From IMG/VR virus record IMGVR_UViG_3300029993_000005, positions 1-64,000 of that record: 64,000 nucleotides of DNA, one strand, 5' to 3'. The translations under genes and the position numbers were made by a program. How positions within the stretch are numbered: position 1 is the stretch's first letter; each line of letters starts with the position of its first letter. This document shows, one piece after another, positions 1 to 7,943 of the stretch. Under the pieces are notes generated by a model. The model saw only the letters and a program-made list of their open reading frames with translations, was not told the origin of the DNA and did not search any database.

Positions 1-353
1 TCTTTTAAGGCCTCCAGCTGCCGTTCGTGACGGGCAACTGCTAGCTTCCATTGGACGGGTTCCAAATCCTTCCCTATGGGGATTGCCTCCAATAAGTCAG
101 TACCAAATTGAGGAGCCTCTATAGCTGGCAAGCCTTCAAAAATAGAGTCAGCCAAATGTGCTAGCCATTGAGGCCTGATTTGTTTGGCAAAAGATTCATG
201 ATTGTATTCGTTCATTGTACAGCCGATAAAACAGCCACGTCCCCCTGAAAAACCCGTACCTTGGAGTACTTCATCAGCGACACGGTGTTGATCAAAACGC
301 GCTTGAAACATTTCTTTTACTTTGGGATCGTTTTGATAAGAAAGAATGGTCAT
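1..353 (-). CDS. Family-P paralogue 1 (truncated by window edge), hypothetical
   Basis: Manual translation MTILSYQNDPKVKEMF...GCFIGC...WLAHLADSIFEGLP...AIPIGKDLEPVQWKLAVARHERQLEALK; ATG at 353 behind an AAAGGAA RBS and a promoter cassette; not in the ORF track. Confidence 0.85.
   Translation of the reverse strand, partial: MTILSYQNDPKVKEMFQARFDQHRVADEVLQGTGFSGGRGCFIGCTMNEYNHESFAKQIRPQWLAHLADSIFEGLPAIEAPQFGTDLLEAIPIGKDLEPVQWKLAVARHERQLEALK
3..90. repeat. 88-bp dispersed direct repeat, copy 1 (copy 2 at 55613-55700)
   Basis: Direct comparison gives 4 mismatches in 88 bp, all synonymous on the coding strand. Confidence 0.95.
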
Positions 354-390
354 GATCTTGTTCCTTTAGTTGGGTTGTTGGTTCACGCTT

Positions 391-446
391 CAGTGCAGTG
401 ATTCCAGTATAATACAGATTGAAGCTGGTGCCAACAATTATTTTAA
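391..446 (-). promoter_or_regulatory. Class-A promoter cassette (TTGGCA-17-TATACT) with GCTGGTGCCAAC box
   Basis: -35 at 429-434, -10 at 406-411, conserved leader GGAATCACTGCACTGAAG. Confidence 0.8.
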
Positions 447-895
447 ATTACGCCAGCGTCCATTAGAGGTGGACGAGTCGCGAACACTCTGTGATTAAGA
501 TTAGGGTTCATCAGGCTCAACGTCACTTTTAACACTGGTCGCTGATCAGGGTACATTTCATCAATAAACAGAATGTGAGAAATGTGCATATTCGGAATGT
601 GATGCTTCAAGTCCAGCACGTTCATAAACAAAACTTTACGAGCGGTTAAGCGTTGTTCCTTCAGTGAATTCACAGTGAATCGCCACAAATTGTGCATAGC
701 CCTTGGTGCAACCACAATTATAGGTGACGACCGGTCAACCGGTACTTGACTCTCTAACGCGTCCAAGACAGCTAGGAAACGAGCCTCACGTTCGGGCGGT
801 GAACCCAGTTCGTGACCAGCGAATCGCGTGGTATTGTTAGCTAGTTTCTCGATTTCCTGGTCCGTGAGCTTTCGTGGATCTTTGTTTGAGTTCAT
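443..895 (-). CDS. hypothetical protein
   Basis: 150-aa ORF, start coupled to the stop of the upstream gene; stop lies in the cassette TTTAAAATAATT. Confidence 0.75.
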   Translation of the reverse strand: MNSNKDPRKLTDQEIEKLANNTTRFAGHELGSPPEREARFLAVLDALESQVPVDRSSPIIVVAPRAMHNLWRFTVNSLKEQRLTARKVLFMNVLDLKHHIPNMHISHILFIDEMYPDQRPVLKVTLSLMNPNLNHRVFATRPPLMDAGVI

Positions 896-1125
896 GCAGG
901 TTCCTCGTTTCCTTTGTGCTTGTGTTGTTGATTGCTTGCTCGTGTTCGGTGTTTGAGTTTAAGCCAAATCCTGAACATAGGATAACACAAGATCACTATT
1001 AAAGAGGCTTGACCCAAGCCATACATAAAGGCTAGAACTAAACTGAGCTTCGGGTACATTGGAGCACCGCAGATGCTGGCCGTCAAGAATAGAACAGACA
1101 GACAGTAAATTAGTTTGGACTTCAT
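892..1125 (-). CDS. small membrane protein
   Basis: Two hydrophobic stretches followed by a basic tail. Confidence 0.7.
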   Translation of the reverse strand: MKSKLIYCLSVLFLTASICGAPMYPKLSLVLAFMYGLGQASLIVILCYPMFRIWLKLKHRTRASNQQHKHKGNEEPA

Positions 1126-1128
1126 GGG

Positions 1129-1215
1129 TTATACCTCAATTGTAGTCAAGCAGTAAGCGTGGTATACATCGCGTTTTTTGCGCCCGGTCCCGAGGTAATA
1201 AGTTTGATGAATCAT
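1129..1215 (-). CDS. 28-aa peptide MIHQTYYLGTGRKKRDVYHAYCLTTIEV
   Basis: Manual translation; ATG directly behind the cassette RBS AAAGGGA and the promoter at 1250-1278. Confidence 0.55.
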   Translation of the reverse strand: MIHQTYYLGTGRKKRDVYHAYCLTTIEV

Positions 1216-1249
1216 GATTTTCCCTTTCGTTAGGACTTTCAATGAATTC

Positions 1250-1279
1250 AGTATAGTAAAGATTGAAGCTGGTGCCAAC
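1250..1279 (-). promoter_or_regulatory. Class-A promoter (TTGGCA-17-TATACT)
   Basis: -35 at 1273-1278, -10 at 1250-1255. Confidence 0.8.
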
Positions 1280-1336
1280 ATTTATATTTAAGTTTCGGTG
1301 AAGCTATCCAAAACAGCTTCCAAGTCTGCTAGGAGT

Positions 1337-1372
1337 ATTTGCTGTTTTCCAGCAATTTGCTGTTTTCCAGCA
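1337..1372. repeat. Perfect 18-bp tandem repeat x2; each unit contains TGCTG-N5-CAGCA
   Basis: atttgctgttttccagca at 1337-1354 and 1355-1372. Confidence 0.95.
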
Positions 1373-1378
1373 GTTCGA

Positions 1379-1513
1379 CTATAAATAGTGTCTAAGATGC
1401 GTCTCTAGAACTTGAGTAGCTTTAGCATTGGCATTCGTCGTGTAACAGAAATGCACGAAAGCCATGATCAACAAGAGGGCTATTACAAACCCAAGGGTTT
1501 CGTCTGGGGTCAT
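1379..1513 (-). CDS. 44-aa single-TM peptide MTPDETLGFVIALLLIMAFVHF...
   Basis: Manual translation; ATGA coupling with the 27-aa ORF. Confidence 0.6.
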   Translation of the reverse strand: MTPDETLGFVIALLLIMAFVHFCYTTNANAKATQVLETHLRHYL

Positions 1514-1593
1514 TTTGTCACCACTGCAGCAAGTGCCGATTGTAAATCAGCTATGAGCTTTCGGGCCGTTAGTGCAGAGAGCGTCTCAAGCAT
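1510..1593 (-). CDS. 27-aa peptide MLETLSALTARKLIADLQSALAAVVTK
   Basis: Manual translation; AAAAGGAG RBS upstream. Confidence 0.55.
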   Translation of the reverse strand: MLETLSALTARKLIADLQSALAAVVTK

Positions 1594-1614
1594 GCGAATC
1601 TCCTTTTGGTAGGG

Positions 1615-1655
1615 AAATGGGGATACCAACAGTGCAGTGAGTAGTATCCCCATTT
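1615..1655 (-). terminator. 12-bp stem-loop after nadV (possible terminator)
   Basis: aaatggggatac 1615-1626 / gtatccccattt 1644-1655, 17-nt loop. Confidence 0.5.
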
Positions 1656-1663
1656 ATTTACTA
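1655..1663 (-). promoter_or_regulatory. TAGTAAATA motif
   Basis: One of 9 intergenic copies, all upstream of minus-strand starts. Confidence 0.55.
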
Positions 1664-1682
1664 CGTGCTATAATAGGTGTGA

Positions 1683-3074
1683 TTACTTCAGATTGCTATT
1701 TGCCCGGACTTGCGCAAAGGTCTGGTCGTTGTACGATACACCATTCTCGTACACAACACGCAGAAGATTCTGACTCTCAGGACGCGAGCCTTTCGGGACA
1801 GCAATCATTTTGCCTGTAGCGTCATATACAACCATCTGACGACCCTTCAGCGACGCTTTCTCAGGTGCAGTAATCGGACTCTTGTTGATACCCGTCCAAT
1901 GTTCACCATCAGCGGAAATCGCTGAAGCCTTCTGCGCCCAACCTAAGTCATCCCGCATAACTTCTTGCAACAGCGCACCACCCATACCGTACCCGTTATT
2001 CTCGATTGAGAGCTTGTTAAGCTCCAAAGCGTGACAGATACCGTTAATGGATGTACGGTTTACGCCGTCACCCTGGATAATGCGTGCTGCAGGGTTCACC
2101 ACATCGTAACCCTTCTTATTGGTGTGGAAACCGTAAGAGTTAGCGATAGACTTAACCGCGTAAACAACTTCTGCGATAGGCTTACCTGAGTCAAGACGGA
2201 TGACGGCGGTACCACCTTTCGCCAAGACCTTATCCTTCAACTGCTTGCCCCAGATGTTATCTACTGAGTTACGTTGATCGTAAGCATCGCAAACACACGC
2301 GTACTTCTTGCCTTCGCCACCATACACATCAATCATGCGTTCGTAAGCTTGGGCTTCCCTTTCACGACCCCATGCGGTCACGGTGAAATGTTCCATGGCA
2401 GGAATTGAATACCCCGCCATCCATTCATCGTAGAACTCGGTTGCGGCCTCTAAGGCTGGGACAGTATCAGTGCCCATAAAGTTGATCAAATGCGACATAC
2501 CACCAAGCGCAGCTGATTCTTCAGAACTGGCACCGCGACCCCCAAAGTCATGCAAGCGAAATGCAAGCTCTTCCTCGGGATTATCGCACGTTTGCTCTAA
2601 CCACTTACGCAAGTCCTGTTTGATATGCCAGCTCAGTGTAGCGACCGAAGACTGATACCATGCAGCACGCAGAATCTCGGTCTCAAGAAACGAACCAAGA
2701 GTCGGCAATAACGGGTCCGTGCTTACTACCTGATAACACGGGACACCGACCGGAACAATCAACCCCTCGGGAAGAGCTTCAATGCGAACCGGAGGCAGTC
2801 CGTTATGGACCTCAACGATACGCTTGAACTCTTCGTATGGAAAGATGCCGCAGTGCTCGACAATACGACGGTTTGCGTACTCCACACTTTCCATTGTCAG
2901 CGGATTCTTCATCAGCTTCCGCTTCCAACTTTGGAGACCAAACCACAGTACCTGCTTGTACATGTTCAGACTACGAGCTGAACCATAGTTACTGGCGTAT
3001 TTCAAATCGTCGGGCAGCTGCGGTCCATGCGAATACTTGTAGCTGTCCGACCCTAAAGCAAATCCGTAAGTCAT
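1683..3074 (-). CDS. nadV: nicotinamide phosphoribosyltransferase (NAMPT)
   Basis: DSYKYSH, LHDFGGRG, GTDT, SIPAMEH, IRLDSG, IIQGDG and GMGGALLQ motifs. Confidence 0.95.
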   Translation of the reverse strand: MTYGFALGSDSYKYSHGPQLPDDLKYASNYGSARSLNMYKQVLWFGLQSWKRKLMKNPLTMESVEYANRRIVEHCGIFPYEEFKRIVEVHNGLPPVRIEALPEGLIVPVGVPCYQVVSTDPLLPTLGSFLETEILRAAWYQSSVATLSWHIKQDLRKWLEQTCDNPEEELAFRLHDFGGRGASSEESAALGGMSHLINFMGTDTVPALEAATEFYDEWMAGYSIPAMEHFTVTAWGREREAQAYERMIDVYGGEGKKYACVCDAYDQRNSVDNIWGKQLKDKVLAKGGTAVIRLDSGKPIAEVVYAVKSIANSYGFHTNKKGYDVVNPAARIIQGDGVNRTSINGICHALELNKLSIENNGYGMGGALLQEVMRDDLGWAQKASAISADGEHWTGINKSPITAPEKASLKGRQMVVYDATGKMIAVPKGSRPESQNLLRVVYENGVSYNDQTFAQVRANSNLK

Positions 3075-3075
3075 G

Positions 3076-3126
3076 GCAAATCTCCTTTGCAGTTTTTAAA
3101 GACCCAGGCTCTCTGCCTAGGGTTTG
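3076..3126 (-). promoter_or_regulatory. Twin-hairpin 5' leader of nadV
   Basis: Hairpin with AGAGA loop at 3103-3122, then GCAAA-GGAGA-TTTGC around the SD at 3076-3090; same design upstream of nadM. Confidence 0.6.
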
Positions 3127-3156
3127 GTCTAGTATAAACGACCGAACACGGAATTA

Positions 3157-4275
3157 TTAATCACACGGAATCAAGTTAATCATCTTATGGATGATCCAGA
3201 AGTGATCCGAGTATAGCTCATGCGCTTGAAGTAGCCCGAGCGGTACCCACTTGACCTCTTCGAAATCATCGTTTGCCTCTACGAGAGGTAAAGAAGTATT
3301 GTCGTTCAGTAGATACAGATACGCATGCGTGATGATGCGTCCCCGGTCATCTGACCGATTCGGATCAGAGAACACGTGCTTGAACCTGAATGACAGGTCC
3401 AACATTGAACGCGGTAACTTAATGCGTGTTTCCTCGTGAGATTCACGCAATGAACTGTCAGCTAACACTTCGTCATCGTGTGCAAATCCACCTGGTAGCG
3501 CCCACAGTCCTTTACCAGGATTCAATTTGCGTTTACCCAGCAGTACGTGTGATGACTGAATGAACACTGAATCAGTAGTCGTCATTATAGGACGATAGGG
3601 TTTGTTGCCCGCATACTGGTGCTCAATTTTGTACTGAGCAGCAAAGTCACGCTGATCGCGCAAACCATCTATAAACTCAACGTTACGTGGAATCCAAGTA
3701 TCAAGATACTCCGCCACGGGTTCAGGTACGTGCTGCCGTGAATAGTTCCACGTACCGGCCAGAATGGAATCGCGTAGATCCGTTGCATTTAGAGTCACAC
3801 CTAAGCCGGGCATACCCAACTGTTGTACCTTGTAACCATGCACGTTGACTGAACCCCACTGCGGGAATTTCTTCAGATAGTACGAGGTATGGTCCTTAGA
3901 GAAACCAATCAGTCCTATAGTCCTAGGTATAGGCCAATCATCATCTGCAAGTTTGTTCTGAACGTAAGCAACCTTCTTATGGACATCCATACACCAGTGG
4001 AAATCGTGGTCATGCATGTGATCGTCTAAGAACTGAACGATGATGCGACTGTCTCTGATTTCCTGCTTGTACGTGCGCCATAGCATCTCTTCGACTTCAA
4101 CTGCCGTCCAGGGATTCTTTCGGGTACGAGGGCGGTTGGCTGAACCCGTCAAGACCAGTACATGACGCGCTTTCTTTAATGCTTCATCAATAACATGCTT
4201 GTGGCCATTATGTAAGGGGCGAAATCGACCAATGAACACAAGCATATCGAATTCATACTCATAGATGTTTGACAT
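3157..4275 (-). CDS. nadM: bifunctional NMN adenylyltransferase / Nudix (ADP-ribose) hydrolase
   Basis: GRFRPLHNGH nucleotidyltransferase motif, NATDLR, Nudix box ALPGGFAHDDEVLADSSLRESHEET; start moved to ATG 4275 behind GGAG. Confidence 0.93.
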   Translation of the reverse strand: MSNIYEYEFDMLVFIGRFRPLHNGHKHVIDEALKKARHVLVLTGSANRPRTRKNPWTAVEVEEMLWRTYKQEIRDSRIIVQFLDDHMHDHDFHWCMDVHKKVAYVQNKLADDDWPIPRTIGLIGFSKDHTSYYLKKFPQWGSVNVHGYKVQQLGMPGLGVTLNATDLRDSILAGTWNYSRQHVPEPVAEYLDTWIPRNVEFIDGLRDQRDFAAQYKIEHQYAGNKPYRPIMTTTDSVFIQSSHVLLGKRKLNPGKGLWALPGGFAHDDEVLADSSLRESHEETRIKLPRSMLDLSFRFKHVFSDPNRSDDRGRIITHAYLYLLNDNTSLPLVEANDDFEEVKWVPLGLLQAHELYSDHFWIIHKMINLIPCD

Positions 4276-4276
4276 T

Positions 4277-4325
4277 TGCAAATCTCCTTTGCAGTTAATA
4301 AAAGAACACTCTCTGTGTTCAGTTT
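4277..4325 (-). promoter_or_regulatory. Twin-hairpin 5' leader of nadM
   Basis: GAACAC-AGAGA-GTGTTC at 4304-4320; TGCAAA-GGAGA-TTTGCA at 4277-4293. Confidence 0.6.
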
Positions 4326-4352
4326 GATTCAATTTGTATTTACTCCGCCGTT

Positions 4353-4670
4353 TTAATGACGAAAATCCTTAGGGTGTTGTCTCGTACTCCGACAGGAATG
4401 TGCGCACACGATGTAACCACAATTGTTTGTCTGACATTGAACGAACGTTTTTAGTTGGATGACGGTCATAATCACTGTGATATGCAGGCTTGAATAAATT
4501 AACTGCTTGAGTTGTCCCAGTTTTTCCTTAGGCACCAACTTCAGTAATTCAGCCGTGCGAGCTTTCTCGCTTTCAAGCTCGATGTTGGCCTGCATCCACA
4601 AATTCTTGAAATGCTCGGCCAGCGCGGCTTGGGAACGAACTCCGTTGCATAGGTCATCCGCGATTGACAT
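4353..4670 (-). CDS. hypothetical, paralogue of 22839-23030
   Basis: Shared AEHFKNLWMQA; start moved to ATG 4670 behind GAGG. Confidence 0.75.
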   Translation of the reverse strand: MSIADDLCNGVRSQAALAEHFKNLWMQANIELESEKARTAELLKLVPKEKLGQLKQLIYSSLHITVIMTVIQLKTFVQCQTNNCGYIVCAHSCRSTRQHPKDFRH

Positions 4671-4678
4671 AGTAGTCC

Positions 4679-5029
4679 TCAGATTTGAGCCGAAACTAAC
4701 ATCTTCGCGAATTTGCAGGCGTTCGACCAACCGCTAGTAGTGGGTTGGAAACGAGCAATTGGACTAACCCCGGAGGACGCGAAGTGCGGGTCTAATTTGT
4801 TTTGTGCTTGGTCCAGAAGTTCAGCCACCGAGGAGTAACCAAGATAAACCAAGGTCTTCATCCCTTCATAGTTTTTGGCATCGGGGTAGTGAACTTGAAG
4901 AACCAACACGTCTTGGTCCAGGCCTGGGAATGTTCGCGAATTGATGATCTTGAAATTCGATGGACTTGGATTGCTGTTGGGTGCAGCGTAAGGAGACGAC
5001 GAGCAACTCTTTAGCGGTGAGAGTCCCAT
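4679..5029 (-). CDS. hypothetical, paralogue of 12765-13121
   Basis: Shared SCSSSPYA..NSNP.P.NFKI, HYPDAKN.EG.K.LVY, DPHF. Confidence 0.85.
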   Translation of the reverse strand: MGLSPLKSCSSSPYAAPNSNPSPSNFKIINSRTFPGLDQDVLVLQVHYPDAKNYEGMKTLVYLGYSSVAELLDQAQNKLDPHFASSGVSPIARFQPTTSGWSNACKFAKMLVSAQI

Positions 5030-5031
5030 GA

Positions 5032-5625
5032 CTACTCCTCAAAGGGAATGAAACGGGAAAGAACCCGTTCAAGGTCAGCGAATAAAATTGAGTGACGACC
5101 TTCCTTTTCACTATTGACGGTGTACAGCGTAGGATTGGGCGAAGTATACCAACCGGGTGCAGCTTTGTAGGCTTTGACGAAGGCACGTAGGCGGGAAACT
5201 GCGTCCCTGCTCGTCCCACCAACCTTCTTTAGTGGTTGGTGGGAAGACACACTGGAGTCTACACGTTTAACTAAGGCCTCTGCCGTATGAACGGCATCAC
5301 GGGGACTTAAATACGGCCTATACTTAGCTGGTACTGTATCACACTTCGACACCCAGCGAATCGTAGTATCGTGCCAAGTGATCGTATGGATATACGCATC
5401 GGGCTTCTCGCTGCCCATCTCGTCCAGCTCTCTAAATGCGTCTTCAAGTTCTCTCGCTGCTTCTTCTGCACTGTCGTTCGCCGTTCGATCGGGATCCGGC
5501 TTGGATAGTGTCAGAAAGTTTGAAACAACGTGGTTGTTGACCGTAAGCTTAGCTTCAGCCACTAGCTCCGGACCAAGCTTGATGTTAGGAGCGCATAGAA
5601 TTGCAAGTGCATCAGTGATGTTCAT
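5032..5625 (-). CDS. hypothetical protein
   Basis: 197-aa ORF in the minus-strand array, AGGA RBS. Confidence 0.75.
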   Translation of the reverse strand: MNITDALAILCAPNIKLGPELVAEAKLTVNNHVVSNFLTLSKPDPDRTANDSAEEAARELEDAFRELDEMGSEKPDAYIHTITWHDTTIRWVSKCDTVPAKYRPYLSPRDAVHTAEALVKRVDSSVSSHQPLKKVGGTSRDAVSRLRAFVKAYKAAPGWYTSPNPTLYTVNSEKEGRHSILFADLERVLSRFIPFEE

Positions 5626-5699
5626 ATCAATTTCCTAATAGACGTCTACGATTTCTACTGAGTTTTAAATGATCGGCTTCCGTTGGGTCCCATAGAATA

Positions 5700-6164
5700 T
5701 CATAGAATATGCTGGCGGAAGTCAATATCCCAGGTACGTGGTGCATGCATGGCGAAACGTGGGTGGTAACTATCAGATTCAGATTTCCTAATGTCGAGGC
5801 GTAAGATTTGTAGGTCTTTCTCTAGTGGCAGGCACGCGAGATCCAGCTCATTTAACATGAGCATCAGTCCGTAGTCAGTGGGGGCAAAGACCGGGCTTTT
5901 ATACGCGCAGTCCACTCCTCTAGGTGAGGTCCATGGCCTATAGACTTCACCGACGCGCACCATGAGACCCGCCTTTACCAGCGCCTTACACGTATTGGAT
6001 ATACCAAGTGCTACATAGCCCACACGCCACAAGTTGTCGAACGTCCGTGGGCTTAGCTTGTGAATGTGACGAGCTTGCAGCCCTCTCAAGTCCTTGAAGG
6101 TGGTCCATCTAGTGTAGAAGGTGAAGGCCCCGAGTACTGCCCTATGTTTTAGGTTGAGTTGCAT
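5700..6164 (-). CDS. hypothetical protein (possible winged helix)
   Basis: 154-aa ORF; GISNTCKALVKAGLMVRVG resembles a wHTH recognition helix plus wing. Confidence 0.6.
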   Translation of the reverse strand: MQLNLKHRAVLGAFTFYTRWTTFKDLRGLQARHIHKLSPRTFDNLWRVGYVALGISNTCKALVKAGLMVRVGEVYRPWTSPRGVDCAYKSPVFAPTDYGLMLMLNELDLACLPLEKDLQILRLDIRKSESDSYHPRFAMHAPRTWDIDFRQHIL

Positions 6165-6779
6165 TATTGGTTAGTTCCTGCAATACGTGGTCCTCAATCG
6201 CACGGGCGAAGGCCTGCCGCAACATTGGTTCCCACTCTTTGTACGGCCGTCCGCTGTCTACGATAGCGCGTGGATCCAGCCCTTCCCACATGGCGCACAC
6301 CTGATTGGGTTCCAGCCGTTTGTAACCGGGGTCGTTGATGGATCGCCAAAAATCGTGGTCAAAACGTGAAGTGCCATGGCCATACGTGCTATGGTCTTTC
6401 CAGACTTCCCCCTCGGTGATCTGATGCTTAACTATATAGGCCTTAACTGCAGAAATAGATTCAAAATCTGGGTACGATTGTTGCGGATCATACGAGTAGA
6501 TATGATAGCTCGTCTGGTGACCCCAAGCGCGTTCAAGCTTCCATATGTGTCTACCACGGTAGTCCCTGAGCCGACGCCTGTCCACAATGCGTACCTCGCC
6601 ATAGCGACCGGGCTTGCGGTATATATATACCCACGCTTTATCGATTCGATAACACCGCCAACTAATACTTGGCAATACTTGTTACGGTCGTAGCTTATGA
6701 TCTCGACTTCGCGCACGGGTGCCTCTGCGTGCGGGCGGTCACCCAATTGGGTTATCGGATAGTCAGTCCAGGCTTTCAG
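6142..6779 (-). pseudogene. Gene split by a +2 slip in a (TA)5 tract; CTG start overlapping the upstream TGA
   Basis: Removing one TA at 6620-6629 joins MKAWTDYP...IKRGYIY to RKPGRYGEV..., giving 212 codons. Confidence 0.65.
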
Positions 6780-7153
6780 CGTAAGTAGTCCTCGTCGTCA
6801 TCGTCAACAACATTTATGACTCTGTAAATTTCTAACTCTGTACCATACAGTGCTTCAGCCTCCTTTATGAAAAAGTGCGTAGGACTCAACAAGAACGTAA
6901 CGCATACTTCATGCTCTGGTCTATGCTTGTCAGCTGGGTAACTATTGACCGCAATGTAATAACCACCGACCATCATGTTGAACGAAGCACGTCCTTCTGA
7001 GAGTGCGTCGTAATTCTCATCTATGATTTCCCGCATGTCTTTCAGAATCAGCTGCTCAATGTCCTGAACTGACCCGTAAGGGTACGCAGTCACCTGCCCC
7101 TTAAGCTTTAAGGCAACTACGCGAAGCTCGACTTCGTTGTAGGAGTATTTCAT
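6776..7153 (-). CDS. hypothetical protein
   Basis: 125-aa ORF, ATGA-coupled. Confidence 0.75.
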   Translation of the reverse strand: MKYSYNEVELRVVALKLKGQVTAYPYGSVQDIEQLILKDMREIIDENYDALSEGRASFNMMVGGYYIAVNSYPADKHRPEHEVCVTFLLSPTHFFIKEAEALYGTELEIYRVINVVDDDDEDYLR

Positions 7154-7374
7154 TTCGTTTGGTTCTTCGGGTATAGTGCCTCGTTCAACTTATCGATGAT
7201 GTCCATACGTGCGCGCACTTGTGCCACGTGAAGGTCGTAGTCGGCAACACTAACATTGCCGGTAACACTGACGACACTACGCAAGCACTTTATCGCAGAG
7301 ATTATAACTTCTGCGTCGTCCTCGCGTAGGTCTTTGTCCAGCACAACTGTAAGAGAATGATAACGATCAGTCAT
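7150..7374 (-). CDS. hypothetical protein
   Basis: 74-aa ORF in the array. Confidence 0.75.
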   Translation of the reverse strand: MTDRYHSLTVVLDKDLREDDAEVIISAIKCLRSVVSVTGNVSVADYDLHVAQVRARMDIIDKLNEALYPKNQTK

Positions 7375-7385
7375 GTTATTTACCT

Positions 7386-7616
7386 TTAGCGTTTAGCTAG
7401 TTCCCGCCGACGGCGATTTCTTTCTGTTTTCTGTGCTGCTTCATCTAGATCAATTTCAAGCCCCAGCTCTTTCTGATAACTGATCAGAAAATCGCCTAAC
7501 GCTTCTTTCATAGTTCGACCCCGACCTACCGAGGGTGACCCACATTTTTCATAAGGATCAATTTCGAACGAACGTCCATGGTTAATTATGCGAATTTTCA
7601 TAGCTTGTCTGTTCAA
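7386..7616 (-). CDS. hypothetical protein
   Basis: 76-aa ORF; start uncertain. Confidence 0.7.
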   Translation of the reverse strand: MNRQAMKIRIINHGRSFEIDPYEKCGSPSVGRGRTMKEALGDFLISYQKELGLEIDLDEAAQKTERNRRRRELAKR

Positions 7617-7618
7617 TA

Positions 7619-7939
7619 TCAGGAAATGTTTTTTGAGTAGACTTGATAAAATGATGAGTCGTCTATTAAATCATTGGTGCCTAGAGCCTTAACTATTTGT
7701 CGGGCAATCAATGCAGCCTCTAACCAATCCTCATCATCAGCCGCTGATGAAGTCTTAATATAAACCTTGTTGAAGGCTTCGGTCAAGACCTGCATTCGTT
7801 TCAACTCTGACTTGAGTAGATAGCGAGTCACATAATCTTTTCGATACCAACGAAACCAAGAATAAGATATGGAGAATAAGCTCAGGGTTAGGGCAAGCAC
7901 AGCAAAAATCAGAGCTACTATTTGTGGATTATGGTTCAT
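7619..7939 (-). CDS. N-terminally anchored membrane protein
   Basis: Hydrophobic IVALIFAVLALTLSLFSISYSWF. Confidence 0.7.
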   Translation of the reverse strand: MNHNPQIVALIFAVLALTLSLFSISYSWFRWYRKDYVTRYLLKSELKRMQVLTEAFNKVYIKTSSAADDEDWLEAALIARQIVKALGTNDLIDDSSFYQVYSKNIS

Positions 7940-7943
7940 AGTC

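Noticed and set aside
3076-4325. NAD leaders as a known NAD+-I/II or other catalogued riboswitch
   Set aside because: Too short and without the consensus features I know for those classes; kept only as an unassigned motif
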